From Heterodontus francisci (Eukaryota): a stretch of 64,000 bases of DNA. Position 1 is the first letter of the stretch; each line of letters starts with the position of its first letter. The DNA lies in contig NW_027140825.1 of assembly GCF_036365525.1 (NCBI RefSeq), positions 992,001 to 1,056,000 of the forward strand, read 5' to 3'. A program made the position numbers and the translations under genes. The notes beneath the pieces are model-generated. The model saw nothing but the letters and a program-made list of their open reading frames with translations. It searched no databases and had not been told where the DNA came from. Below, piece by piece: positions 13,114 through 25,821 of the stretch.

Positions 13114-14079
13114 GTCTCTCTGTCCAGTTTTGGTTATATTGCACCATTTATCTATCTATTTATCTTGATCATATATATATATTTGCCATCGATTTATCTC
13201 TCTGTCTCTCACCTCTCTAAATATGCATCCACCATATATCTGACGTTTATCATCAATCTAAGACCATTATTTACACCATACCAGTTTAATTATTGATATA
13301 TCATGATTTGTATTTTACTGATAGTTTCATCTTCTTGCTCTCCTTCGACTCAGAGTACATCAATACATTATGAATTATTAAAAATGCTGCAGCAATGTGC
13401 TCAGATCCTTCTCGTTAAGGCAGCCTCTACCTGTAAAGAACAGATTCCGAGGTGGGGTAAATGGGTTCATGGTCCTGTTGAATGAGCTGTCTGTGGTATG
13501 TGACAAGAGTTACACATAGCTCCCTGTTGTACATGTCCCCAATGATTCATACAATGCAAAAGTGAGACACCTCCCCAGATAGGTCTCTCACTGGAACACC
13601 TGCCTCCTGACGGCGGTTTGAGCATCTGTTCAAAACAGTTAACCCACTTCTTCATGACACTGTCGCTTTTCAAAGTATCTAAGATTTCACCCCAATGTAA
13701 AACATAACCCTTGAATTGTCGTTTAGCCCAGGGGAAATAAATTTTGATCTGCCTAATACAAACAAGCAACTTGATGTGTCTTATATATTTATAGAATCAT
13801 ACAGCAGAGCCGAGGCCATTCAGCCCATCGAGCCTGGCCCGGCTGTTCGAAAGAGCTACCCTTCAACACCAATCAGACACAAGCAACGGGAGCCAGATAC
13901 AGACGGGAAGCAGTTCCTTATTCAAGCTCCTTTCGACCAGGGGGTGTTATTATTCTGTCATACCCAGAAGTGAGGGGTCAGAAGGAAACCCTGCTTCCAG
14001 TGCTGTCATTTCCGCTCTCTGCTTTATCTTCAGCCGCCTGATATTGATTCATGAACAGATTCAGCCCCCAGTCTGCAGG

Positions 14080-14895
14080 ATGCAGTTAGTCAAACTCTTC
14101 CTAATCGTCTGTTCTCTTCTTCCATGTAGGTATTCATCGTGCATAAAGATACCTGTGCTAAAATAGATGCTGTGTTTTCATTCACTACTAACTTCTATCA
14201 AACTAGATTGATAAAACATCATTGAAGTCGATTTTCTGTCATTTCTTGAACTACATAACGTAATTTCACTGTAAATAATATTGGCTTAATGAAATTTTTG
14301 ACTGAATGAAAGTTACTTATATATTCGTGACGCTACTACAGCTATCTTTAACCGATAAGTTTGCCCTAATTCTGGGTTAATTTGTCTCTCTCATATCACT
14401 TGCTACATTATTTTTCAATCTCTATATCTATCTGTTTATTATCTATATATCTACCAATATATCATTTAACTATATATTGTCTGCCTATATAGTTATCTAG
14501 TATTATCTACTTAACTATTTTGATAGTTATAGTTGGTTATCATATGTCACAATATGTTCTAAACTTTTTAAACTATTCTCCTTATTTCTCAAGGCAAAAC
14601 TCTAGCAGAGGTGATACACCAGTGGCCAACTCTGGTGGTGGTGAATGGAAGTGAACCAGCAGAATTAAACTGTTCCCGGAATGACAGTAGAAAGAGCATT
14701 ATGCTGTGGTATCGGCAGTATGCCGGGCAGGGGCTCACCCTAATGGGTCATTCTTACACTGGAAGCTCACCCATTTACGAAGGAAGATTTGAGGAGGAGG
14801 TGAAGATTTTGAGGCACGAGGAGAGACGATGCAGCCTGAGGGTCCTCAAGGTGAAGGCTGTGGATGCGGCGGTGTATTACTGTGCAGCCAGGGAG
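14080..14895 (+). CDS. TRBV: TCR beta V gene segment, singleton family (apparently functional)
   Basis: Leader 14080-14125 (MQLVKLFLIVCSLLP), intron 14126-14593, V exon 14594-14895 EVIHQWP..C..MLWYRQ..YEGRF..DAAVYYCAARE. Confidence 0.9.
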
Positions 14896-14934
14896 CACAG
14901 CGCTGCAGACTGCCTTAATGCCAGTACAAAAACC
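14896..14934 (+). other. 23-bp RSS
   Basis: CACAGCG + 23 nt + ACAAAAACC. Confidence 0.95.
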
Positions 14935-15291
14935 AACAGGGTGAACAACACAACTGACTGACATACAGGAGCAGTGACAATGGTTAATGTCTCTCCCTGC
15001 CTCACCGGCCGTTTTCCAAGCTGGTGATTCCCGGATTCCGGAACCTTCATCAAGGGCTGAATGACAGGGAATAGCAGAAAGTACGAGGAAGAGAGAGAAG
15101 GAAAGAGAGAGATGTGTCTCAGATCCTCTGCAAAATTTCAAAGTCCTCGTCTACACTGTTTAATTTCTGGCACTGAGTATGTTAAAACTGAGTCACAGTC
15201 TCTGTCCTGTACTTGATTAATTTGAAGTTTAATTAATGATCTAAATAAGACAGATAGTTAGCATCACCATTGTGAAGTGATGTATAGAGTA

Positions 15292-15825
15292 TCAATCATC
15301 TACAAGGCACAAGGTAGGAGTGTGATGGAATACTCTCCACTTGCCTGGATGGGTGCAGCTCCAACAACACTCAGGAAGCTCAACACCATCCAGGACATAG
15401 CAGCCCGGTCGTTCAGCAACCCATCTACCACCTTCAACACTCACTTCCTACACCACAGTGGAAGCAGTGTGTACCATCGACATTATACACTGCAGCAAAG
15501 CATCGAGTGTCCTAAGACAGCACCTTCCAAACCCACCAACTCCATCACATGGAAGGGCAAGGGCAGTAGACTCATGGGAACACCACCACCTGCATGTTCC
15601 CCTCCAAGTCCTACACCATCCTGACTTGGAACTATATCGCCGTTTCTTCACTGTCACTGGGTCAAAATCCTGGAACTCCCTTCCTAACAGCATTGTGGGT
15701 GTACCTATCCAACATGTACTGCAGCGGTTCAAGAAGGCAGCTCACCACCACCTTCTCAAGGACAATCAGTTTTGTGAAATAATTGCTGGCCTTGCAAAAG
15801 AAATTCACGTCCCATGAACGAATAA
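15292..15825 (+). mobile_element. CR1-group LINE 3' end (frameshifted)
   Basis: IYKAQ.RSVMEYSPLAWMGAAPTTL.KL.TIQD.AAR and KSWNSLPN motifs of a LINE ORF2 C-terminus plus 3' tail. Confidence 0.7.
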
Positions 15826-16129
15826 GAAAAGATATATATATATATAAGGTCTTCCACGACTTCAAGATGCCCCAAAACAGCCAATTAACAACTGGAAAAT
15901 GATGGTCAGATCCTCTGCTATCTCTTCTCTTGCTTTATTTTATTTTTATTCATTCTGGGTGCCTGGGTCTGAGAAAGTCAGTAGTTATTCATCATCACTC
16001 ATTGCCCTGGAGAAGGTGTGTGCTGCCTTGTAGATAACTGAAGAGTTTGCTAGGTCATTTCAGAGAGCAGTGTACTTAAAACACGGAAGCCAATTGGTGT
16101 GCGGCACCATGCAATAGGCAGCATAAAGA

Positions 16130-16166
16130 GGCAGATAGATAGCAAGGAAGGCAGACAGACAGACAT

Positions 16167-16215
<49 letters not shown>

Positions 16216-17092
16216 CGACCGACAGATAGATCGATAGACAGACAGATAGGTAGCTAGGAAGTCAGACAGACAGACATTAGATAGACAGACAGACAGATAG
16301 ATAGTTAGACAGACAGATAGATAGCGAGGAAGGCAGAGAGACTGCCATTAGATAGATAGATCGATAGACAGATAGATAGATAGACAGACATTTGATCGAT
16401 AGACAGGCAGATAGATCGACNNNNNNNNNNNNNNNNNNNNNNNNNNNNNNNNNNNNNNNNNNNNNNNNNNNNNNNNNNNNNNNNNNNNNNNNNNNNNNNN
16501 NNNNNNNNNNNNNNNNNNNNNNNNNNNNNNNNNNNNNNNNNNNNNNNNNNNNNNNNNNNNNNNNNNNNNNNNNNNNNNNNNNNNNNNNNNNNNNNNNNNN
16601 NNNNNNNNNNNNNNNNNNNNNNNNNNNNNNNNNNNNNNNNNNNNNNNNNNNNNNNNNNNNNNNNNNNNNNNNNNNNNNNNNNNNNNNNNNNNNNNNNNNN
16701 NNNNNNNNNNNNNNNNNNNNNNNNNNNNNNNNGACATTAGATAGATAGATATACAGACAGATAAATAGAAAGACAGATGGGTAGACAGATAGGCACACAG
16801 ATAGATCGATTGACAGACAGATTGATTGATAGACAGACAGATAGGTAGACAGATAGATAGGCAAATGGTCAAATAGATAGATAGACAGACAGATATGCAA
16901 ATAGGTAAATATGAAGACAGACAGACAAAAAGATAGGTAGGTAGACAGACAGACGGATTCATACAGATAGAGAGACAAACTGACACAGATCGAGAGACAG
17001 ACACACAGCCATGCAGATAGATAGATATAGAGAAAGTTAGACAGATAGCTACAGTGATAGATAGATAGATAGCTATATAGATAGACAGACAG
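16130..17092. repeat. (GATA)/(GACA) microsatellite field spanning assembly gap 16421-16731
   Basis: Direct inspection. Confidence 0.95.
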
Positions 17093-17237
17093 GCATATCT
17101 TTTTCTCCCTCTCTCCATCTATCTCTATCACTGCCTCTCTTTTTCTCTAACTGTTTTTCTCCATATCATCCTCTGTGACTCTGTCTCTCTCTCATTCCTT
17201 GGCACTTTCACATACACTCTATCACTCCAATAGTCTC

Positions 17238-18830
17238 ATAGAAAGTTTAAGGCACAGAAAGAGGCCACTTGGCCCATCACATCAGTGCCGGCCGAAAAAC
17301 GATCCACCTATTCTAATCACACCTTCCAGCATTTGGTCCGTAGCCCTGCAGATTACAGCACTTGAGGTGCAAATCCAGACTCCTTTTGAATGAGTTGAGG
17401 GTCTCTGCCTCAACTACCCTTTCAGGCAGTGAGTTCCAGACCATCACCACCCTCTGGGTGAAAAATGATTTTCCTTATCTCCCCTCTAATTCTTCTACCA
17501 ATCACTTTAAATCTATGGTCCCTCATCACTGACCTCTCTGCCAAGGTGAATAGACCCTTCACATGCACTCTATCCAGGCCCCTTCAATATTTTGTACATT
17601 TCAATCAGATCTCCCCGCAGCTTTCTCTGTTCCAAGGAGAACAACCTCGGCCTATCCAATCTTTCCTCATAGCTGCATTTTCAGTTCGGGAAACATGCTT
17701 GTTAATCTCCTTTGTAACCTCTCTAGTGCAATTACATTCTTTCTGTAATGAGGTGACCAGAACTTCACACATACTCAAGTTGTGGCCTAACCAATGAGTT
17801 ATGCAGTTCCAGCATAACCTCCCCGCTCTTGTATTCTATACCTCAGCTAATGAAGGAAAGGATTCCATATGCCTTCTTAACCACCTTATCGACCTGTCCT
17901 GTTACCTTCAGGGATCTGTAGACATTCACTCCAAGGTCCCTCACTTCCTCTGCACTTCTCAGTATTTTCCCATTAATCGTGTATTCCTTTGCCTTGTTTG
18001 ACCTCCCCAAATGCATCACCTCACACCTCTCCAAGTTGGATTCCCTTTGCCACTGTTCTGCCCATCTGACAAGACCATCAATATCTTCCTGCAGCCGACA
18101 GCTATCCACCTCGCGATCTACCACACGGCTAATCCTTGTGTTGTCTACATACATTTGGATTATGCCCCCCTACATTTACATCCAAATCGTTAATAAATAC
18201 CACAAAAAGCAGGGAACCCAGTACTGAGCCCTGTGCAACGCCACTGCAAACAGCCCTCCAGTCGCTAAAACACCCATCAACAATTACCCTTTGTTTCCTG
18301 GCACTGAGCCAATTTTGTATCCACCTTGCTGCATTTCCCTGGATCCCATGGGATTTTGTTTTTTTTTTGAACCAGTCTGCCATGTGCAGCCTTTTCAAAA
18401 GCCTTGCTAAAATCCAGGTAGACCACGTCAACTGCACTACCCTCATCTATCTTCCTTGTTACTTCTTCAAAAAATTCGATCAAATTGATCAAACAAGAAC
18501 GTCCCTTAACAAATCTATGCTGACTATCCTGGATTAATCTGTGCCTTTCTAAGTGACAGTTTATCCTGTCTCCCAGAATAGATTGCAATACTTTGCTCAT
18601 TACGGAGGTCAGACTGACTGGCCTGTAATTAGTCAGTCTATCCTTCCCTCCCTTTTTAAACGGAGGCACAACGTTAACAATTCTCCAATCCTCCGGCGCC
18701 ACACCTGTGAGGACTGCAAAAAGATGGTCAGACCCTCTGCTATTTCTTCTCTTGCTTCTATTTGCAGCCTAGGATTCATTTCATCCTGCCCTGGTGATTT
18801 ATCAACTTTCAAGGATGCTAATCCCATTAA
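17238..18830 (-). mobile_element. 5'-truncated, degraded CR1 (HER1-like) LINE, RT domain and 3' end
   Basis: Minus ORFs with DKSPG.D, DWRIVNV.P.FKKG, NYRPVSLTS, QGSVLG.LLF motifs; multiple frameshifts. Confidence 0.9.
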
Positions 18831-18902
18831 TGTTTCCTCCCTCAGCTTCGCTCCCTTAAACCCAGAGCAACCAGCAGAAAGTGTCTTAGATCCGCCGCAA
18901 AC

Positions 18903-19240
18903 ATGCCATTCAATTTCATCGACGTTTGCTATTTTCCTTCTGTCGCTGAGTATGTTTAAATTCTGTCACAATCACTGTTTTACATTTGATCAACTGATTA
19001 ATGATCTCAACAAGACTGTGCGGCGGTGACTTGTGAAATCAGCAATCAATTATTGAATATAAGACAGTGAACTCATTAATCTGTTCCCCCTTTTTTGGCA
19101 ACAAAATTGTTAAGAATATACTGTTAACCATATAACATCTACACCCACTTTTACTCATGTAGATTTCACTATTCTGCTTTACATCTGTACAGATACTGGC
19201 AGGAAATTAGGACAAAGACTGAATTTGTATCGTTAATTCT
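18903..19240 (+). pseudogene. Orphan V leader plus partial intron (paralog of the 19988 gene), no V exon
   Basis: 18840-19240 aligns with 19921-20310; 1-nt insertion in leader; no V exon or RSS follows. Confidence 0.75.
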
Positions 19241-19987
19241 GCGGGTAATAATCCTCTGCAGGAGAGGATGAAACACTGAGAAGGAGGATGAATTTCGGGA
19301 AGTGACTTGAAGAAGCCCACAGCATGGGTTTCACTGGGAAAGTAACAAACACAGCTTGTTGCAGTTGCACCATGCTGCCACTGGTCGGCGCAGTGGCTCC
19401 ACTATATTTCGCGCCACCACAGGCTTTGGCGCCGCTGATCAATGAGTCAATTCCTCTGCTTCTGCAATCTTTTCACTTTAAAGGCTAAATGCAGTTAGAT
19501 TGCCACTTTACAGTGATGTTATATGAGCCGCTGCCATCGAACTATCCACCTTCTCTTCCTCCACTACTGATTTTCATTTGCAAAAGGATGTTAATAATCC
19601 CCTGTTGTGCACCATAAGCTCTGGAGTCACTCAAAGCAGTTATCGTTGCACCGCCCCTTGTTTTTTTCACCTACCCTCTCCAACACCTCGCTACCTTCAG
19701 AATTTCCCTCGCCGCAGCATGAAAGCAAGCTCACAAAGGGACGGGAATGAAGATATTGGCAGCAGAGTAGAAAGTGGGGTGGAAGGAGGGAAATGGAGAG
19801 AAGAAACAAGTGGAAAGGGGCGGAAGGAAGCAAACAAAAGAATGGGGGACAACTTAAAGGTAGGGGCGGGGATCATTGCCTTGAGATAACTTCCTCCTAT
19901 GACGGTCCGCTCTGCCTACACCTCATCTCTCTCCCTCCCTTAAAACCCAGAGTAACCAGCAGAAAGTCTCTCAGATCCACCGCAAAC

Positions 19988-20693
19988 ATGCCTTTCAGTT
20001 TCATCGTCTTTGCTATTTCCCTTCTGGCGCTGAGTAGGTTAAAATTCTGTTCCAATCACTCTTCTACATTTGTTTAACTGAAAGGGATGATTAATGATCT
20101 CAATAAAACTGTGAAATTCAGCAATCAATCATTTAATATAAGATAGTGAACTCTATCCCCTAGTCCCCTCGTTTGGGAAGATGATGTTAACTCTTTAATG
20201 TTTGCACCCACTTGCAAGCTTGTGGATTCCACAATTCTATTTTACAGTTGTAAAGATCCAGGTTCTTGTAGGAAATTAGGACACAGACCGAATTTCCGTC
20301 ATTAATTTGGTGCAACACCGACGTCCATCGTCTCAATTGTAACTCCATCGATACTAGTTCATTCCCTCTAATTTCTCTTTCTAGGTGTTTGCCGGGGTGA
20401 TGTGATACATCAATGGCCTCAGTCACTGGCTGTTAAACAACCAGGACCCGTGGAAATGAACTGTCTGCAGATAGCAAAGATTCGCAACTCCATGGACTGG
20501 TATTGTCAGTCCCCCGGCAGAGGATTCCTGTTAATCGGGTTTAACTTTCTAAGCAATGAACCTCAGTATGAAGATGGTTTTAAGAGCGGGTTTGTTATTA
20601 CCAGGACTCTGGACAATAAGAAATCCACTCTGACGATCGAGAGTGTGAACGCCACGGACGAGGCGGTGTATTTCTGTGCAGCTGGTGATGGGA
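19988..20693 (+). CDS. TRBV: TCR beta V gene segment, singleton family (open; WYC instead of WYR/Q)
   Basis: Leader 19988-20033 (MPFSFIVFAISLLAL), intron 20034-20384, V exon 20385-20693 DVIHQWP..C..MDWYCQ..YEDGFKSGF..DEAVYFCAAGDG. Confidence 0.88.
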
Positions 20694-20732
20694 CACAGCG
20701 GTTCAGAGTCATTGGCCGCCTTGACAAAAACC
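20694..20732 (+). other. 23-bp RSS
   Basis: CACAGCG + 23 nt + ACAAAAACC. Confidence 0.95.
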
Positions 20733-21059
20733 CTCACATGTCTCCCTTCAAACGGGTGCATTTAACCCAGCATTCGGTGTAGAGGAGCTCTGGGTGAGGG
20801 ATGCGGATCTGCATCTGTTCAGTGCCCGTTCGAGTCGCAGAACGCCCATGTTCTAACTCCCCACAACCTCCAGACAGGCAACACACACTGTCTGTGCCCA
20901 CACCTGAATAATGGCCCTTTGAAATACAATTCAACCCGAACCTCAGATAGACCACACCTGGACAATTATGCACACTGGGCACAATTCTCAGCCCGATATG
21001 CCTTGTGTAGATGACGCCTGAAGTGCTGAGGACAGTTCAGACTTACAAATACCTTACTT

Positions 21060-22330
21060 AGAGCGCTTCTGGAACCCTGTGTACAGTTCTGGTCTTCATC
21101 GACCTTGGTTGGTCCAAATCTGCAGTGCTGTGCGGAGTGCTGGTCTCCATATTACACTGAGAGGTACGAGCAGAAGTGCAAAATGATTTACAAGAATGAT
21201 ACCAGAGCACAAAGGTTATAACTATCAGGAAAGATAGAAAAGTCTGGGATTCTTTTCCCCAGTCAAGAGAAGGCTGAGGGGTGACCTGATAGAGGTGTTC
21301 AAGATTATGAAGGAATATGATAGGGTAGAGGTGAGAAGATGTCTGCACTTGTAGGGAAGGCCAGGAATACATCATACTCACTAATAACTCCCAGAAATGA
21401 ATTTATACAGAGTGGTGAGAATGTGGAATTCGGTGGCACACAGAAAAAAATGATGTGTATAACCAGATATATGTAAATGGATGCTGGATAAAAACATTAG
21501 GGAGCAGGAAATAGCACGTCATACTGATAGGGATGGATGAAGACATTGTTTATGTTCTTTCATCAGATGTGGGAATAAAATGTGAGAATAAGCTAACCAG
21601 CAATATAAACACAGATGGTAGGAGCTTTTACATAGAAAGCAAGAGAGTAGCTAAAGTTGACGTTGGTCCCTTAGAGGTAAAGACAGGAGAAATCACCATG
21701 GGGAATGGGGAAATGGCAGTGGAATTGAACTAATATTTTGTACCTGTCTTCACAGTAGAAGACACAAGTTCCAGACCAGAAATAGGCAGTAATCTGGGGC
21801 CTAAAAAGAGTGAGGAAATTAAGGATATTCATATCAATTGAGAAAATTTCTTGGAGAAACTCGAGGGATTAAAATCTGACAAGTCCCCTGGACCAGATGG
21901 ATTACATCCTAGAGTTCTAAAAGAGATAGCTGCAGAGAGAGTGGAGGCGCTGGCTATGATTTTCCAGAATTCCTTAGATTCAGGAATGGTCCCATCGGAT
22001 TGAAAGCTGACAAATGTTACACGGCTTTTCATGAAATAAGGCAGCGAGAAATCTCAGGATAAGGGATCAATCATTCCGGACTGAGATGAGGAGAAATGAC
22101 TTCACTCAAAGGGTTGTGAAACATTGGAATTCTCTATCCCAGAGTGTTGTGGATGGTCCTTCATTGAATACATTTAAGGATGGGAGTTTTGATCCCTCAG
22201 GAAATCAAGGGATATGGGGAGCAGGCAGGAAAGTGGAATTGAAGCCCAAGATCAGCCATGATTGTATTGAATGATGGAGCAGGCTCGATGGGATATATGA
22301 TCTACACCTGCTCCTATTTCTTGTGTTCTG
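21060..22330 (+). mobile_element. Cluster of degraded CR1 LINE fragments
   Basis: KSDKSPGPDGLHPRVLKE, FTQRVVKHWNSL and CR1 3'UTR-like sequence. Confidence 0.75.
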
Positions 22331-23129
22331 TGGGTCTCAAGTCACATGTAGGTCAGACCAGGTAAGGACGGTGGATTTCCTTCACTAAAAGACATGAGTG
22401 AGCCAGCTGGGTGACAGGGCCCCTTAACAGAGACAAGCTTTCAATTGCAGATTTTCTGATGAAATGATTGTATTTATTCATTAATTGAATTTAAATTCCA
22501 CCATCTGACCTGGTAAGATTCTAACGCATGTCCCGTGGAGATTCACCCCGGCCTAATTCGATGTCACCAGCGTCAGCAGCCGAAGCAATGGATAAAAAAT
22601 GGGAAGACGGAGCAATTACAAAGCATGTCTTCATAATGCCTATTTTATCAATTGCACTGTGCAAATCTCAGGTGCCTGTAGTTACACATTACAGCCACGA
22701 GATGGGGATGGAGCTCCACCGCAGCCTGAGTCCCACTTGCTTCTGAAAAGACTGAGCGAGCAAAGCAGCAGTGACTTGACCAATCTACCAAATAGTCAAT
22801 TCCACTAACTCTGAAACAGATTCAAATCATAACCATTCCACACAAAATAGACAACTGGATTTCCCCAAGTCTGCTCGTTCATAGTGACTGGTTTGAGCAA
22901 ACACTTGTGATATACTAAAACAGATGATCTGAAGGAAGTAAAGAGGGGAAGCAAAGTCAGAAAACAGTGAAAGAAAAATGGAGAAGAAGGAATTTCATAT
23001 AAAGAAACACATTCAGGGATGTGCATATCACTGACAAGGTCAGCATTCATTACCTATGCCGAATTGCCCTTTACTGAATGACTTGCTAGCCCATTTCAGA
23101 GGCAGTTAACAGTGAACTACATTGCTATC

Positions 23130-23720
23130 AGGTGATGCATTTTGGAAGAAGGGAGACAGAGAGGAAATACAGACTTAATGACACAGGCCTAAAGAGTGTT
23201 CAAGGACAGAGGGACCTGGGGGTTAATGTGCATAGATCATTGAAGGTGGCAGGACATATTGAGAGAGAGGTTCACGAAGCTTATGGGATCTTGGGATTCA
23301 TGAATAGAGGTATAAAGTACAAAAGCAGGGTGGTTATGCTCAACATATATGAGGTTCTGGTTAGGCCCCAACTTGAGTACTGAGCCCGGTTCTGGTCACC
23401 ACACTTTAGGAAGGATGTAGGGTCCTTGAGAGGGTGCAGAGGAGATTTACCGGGATGGTTCCAGGGATGAGAGATTTTAGCTACATGGTTAGTTTGGTGA
23501 AGCTGGGGTTGTTCTCCTTGGAGCAAAGGAAATTGAGGGGAGATTTGACAGAAGTGTACAAAATGAAGAGAGGTTTAGATAAAGTAGACAAAGAAAAACT
23601 GTTCCCATTAGCTGTTTGTACAAAGACTAGGGGACGAAGAGGATAGGAACAAAACAGAGAATAAAAGCTGAGAAAAACTGAAATCCGATAGGGAGTTGAG
23701 GAGAATTCTTTACCCAAATT
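23130..23720 (+). mobile_element. CR1 LINE fragment
   Basis: QRDLGVNVHRSLKVAG, LVRPQLEY, QRRFTGMVPGMRDFSY. Confidence 0.85.
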
Positions 23721-23754
23721 ACAGAATTCAATGCCAGCAGGAACTGCTAAGACA

Positions 23755-24090
23755 AAGGCAGGAACAGGAAGGGGCCATTCAGGCCCTCAATTCCGTACCA
23801 CCATTCAATGAGACCATGGCTGATCTGTGATCTAACTCCATATTCCCGCCTTTGCCCCATATCCCTTAATATTTATTTTGGATCACAAAAACCTATCCAT
23901 CTCCGATTTCAAATTAACAATTGATTCAGCATCAATTTCCGTGAGCAGAAGAGAGTTCAAACCTCTCCACCCATTGTGTGTAAAAGTGTTTCCTAATTTC
24001 ACTCCTGAAAAGTCTGGCTCTAATTTTTAGTCTTGGCCTCTTAGTCCTAGATTCCCAAACCAGCGGAAATAGTTTCTCTCTATCTACTCC
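23755..24090 (-). mobile_element. CR1 LINE 3' end abutting a V relic
   Basis: Reverse-complemented CR1 tail (ggccattcaggccctc..) and FTQWV/EKLFPL-like antisense sequence. Confidence 0.7.
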
Positions 24091-24177
24091 CAAAGACTAA
24101 ATAAATACGACTTCAAACTGGAGACCTCCAGCCTGCGGGAGAATCACTCGGCCGTGTATTTCTGTGCCTGGAGAGAT
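24091..24177 (+). pseudogene. 3' relic of a family B V exon
   Basis: Encodes RLNKYDFKLETSSLRENHSAVYFCAWRD only; 5' part replaced by CR1. Confidence 0.9.
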
Positions 24178-24216
24178 CACAGTGACTCAGAGAGATGGAG
24201 CAGTTCAACAAAAACA
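24178..24216 (+). other. 23-bp RSS (orphan)
   Basis: CACAGTG + 23 nt + ACAAAAACA. Confidence 0.92.
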
Positions 24217-25329
24217 TCAAAGGCAGCAGGAAACACCTGTTTCAGATAAAATTGCTCGGTACCTTGACCTACCGTTCCCTGATGCAGAGTGATAGCGTTT
24301 ATTGCAATAAAAAGAGTTGAGTTATGATTGTAGTGACACACTAGATTTACAGGTACTGCCGAGGGTGCAGAGAACGATTAATAAGGATGTCACGAGATTT
24401 CAGAATGTAACTATCAGGAATCAATGACAATAATCTGGGTATTCATACACTGACCCTGTGTTGACCTTCTCCACAGGGACAGCAGAGGGGGATCCAGGAC
24501 CATAGACCGGACAATGGCTTTGAGAAGGATTTAGTGAGAAAACTAATAGAGCAGGAGATCATGCAGATCCAGCTTGATATACATCAACAGGACAAGGACA
24601 CCCACTCCTTTAGAGAGAGAAAGAGAGTGTATGTGTGTGAAAGAGAGAGCGAGATCCAGTGAGAGAGAGGAAAAACGACAGGTAGAGTTAAAGAGACTGA
24701 GACAGAGAGGGAGACAGAGATAGAGGCAAAGACAGTGAGACAGCAAGAGACACATAATGAGAGAGAGAGAGAGACACTGAGAGAGAGATGGAGAGAAAGA
24801 GAGACTGAGCTAAAGAGCCTGCGACCGATAGGAAGATAGATCAAGAGAGAGACAGAGACAGGGAAATAAACTGAAGAGATAACAAGAGTAAGAGAGAGGG
24901 AGAGTCAGAGAGAAGGAGGGAATGGGAGACATAACCTTAGATACATGAGGAGACAGAGAGTCAGAGAGAAAAAGTGAGCGAAGATAGACTGAGATAGAAT
25001 GGGAGAGAGAGCCTGAGAAAGGAAGAGAGTGGGAGACATAAACCTAGACACATGAGGGGAGAGAGAGAGAGAGACAGAGAGAGAGTGCAAGAGAGCGGAA
25101 GGTAAACTGAGATAGAGATAGATAGAGAGAGAGAGAGAGAAGCAGAATGGCAGCCAATTCAATTCTGATTTGTTGAACTGGGTGAATGGGCGTCTCCAAC
25201 ATTGTATCACATCCTAATGCTCTTCATGTTCCTCCCAATGATTTGAAAAGAGTGGATTTGGACCGTTACAAGACTCGAAGCTCCTGATCTCACTCCTGTG
25301 TCTATTAAGAGAACAGGTTATAGTGAAAG

Positions 25330-25782
25330 ATGTATCAGTTACTGGGTCTGATAATCCTGTTTCATTGTAAGTGAGTGTGAAATACAAAAACTATCGTTAA
25401 TAACTTTCCTCTCTTCTCCCTGTCTCCCTTTCATTCCCAGAAGTTTCCTGTTTACTGATCTGCTCTTCTCTCCATCTCCCTCCCAGATGTCAACTCACAG
25501 ACTATCCACCAGACTCCCGCCGCTGTCTCCAGATTGCGTGGAGAGGCAGTGGAACTGAGGTGCACAGCGGAGGGCACCAGTACTGCTGGAATGTACTGGT
25601 ACAGACAATACCCGGGGAAGGAGCCGCTGTTGATGTTTTACTCCAGTACTGCTAACTGTGTGGATCCAGAGGGGATGGTGGGCGGTTTCACCGCCGAGAG
25701 GCCGACTGACTCCCAGTTCAACCTGGAGTCCTCCAGCCTGCGGGAGAATCACTCGGCCGTGTATTTCTGTGCCTGGAGTCCT
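25330..25782 (+). CDS. TRBV: TRBV30-like family B V segment, open frame but defective heptamer
   Basis: Leader 25330-25366 (MYQLLGLIILFH), intron 25367-25486, V exon 25487-25782 ending YFCAWSP. Confidence 0.85.
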
Positions 25783-25821
25783 AACAGTGACTCAGAGAGA
25801 TGGAGCAGTTCAACAAAAACC
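25783..25821 (+). other. Mutated 23-RSS
   Basis: AACAGTG (C>A at invariant first base) + 23 nt + ACAAAAACC. Confidence 0.9.
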
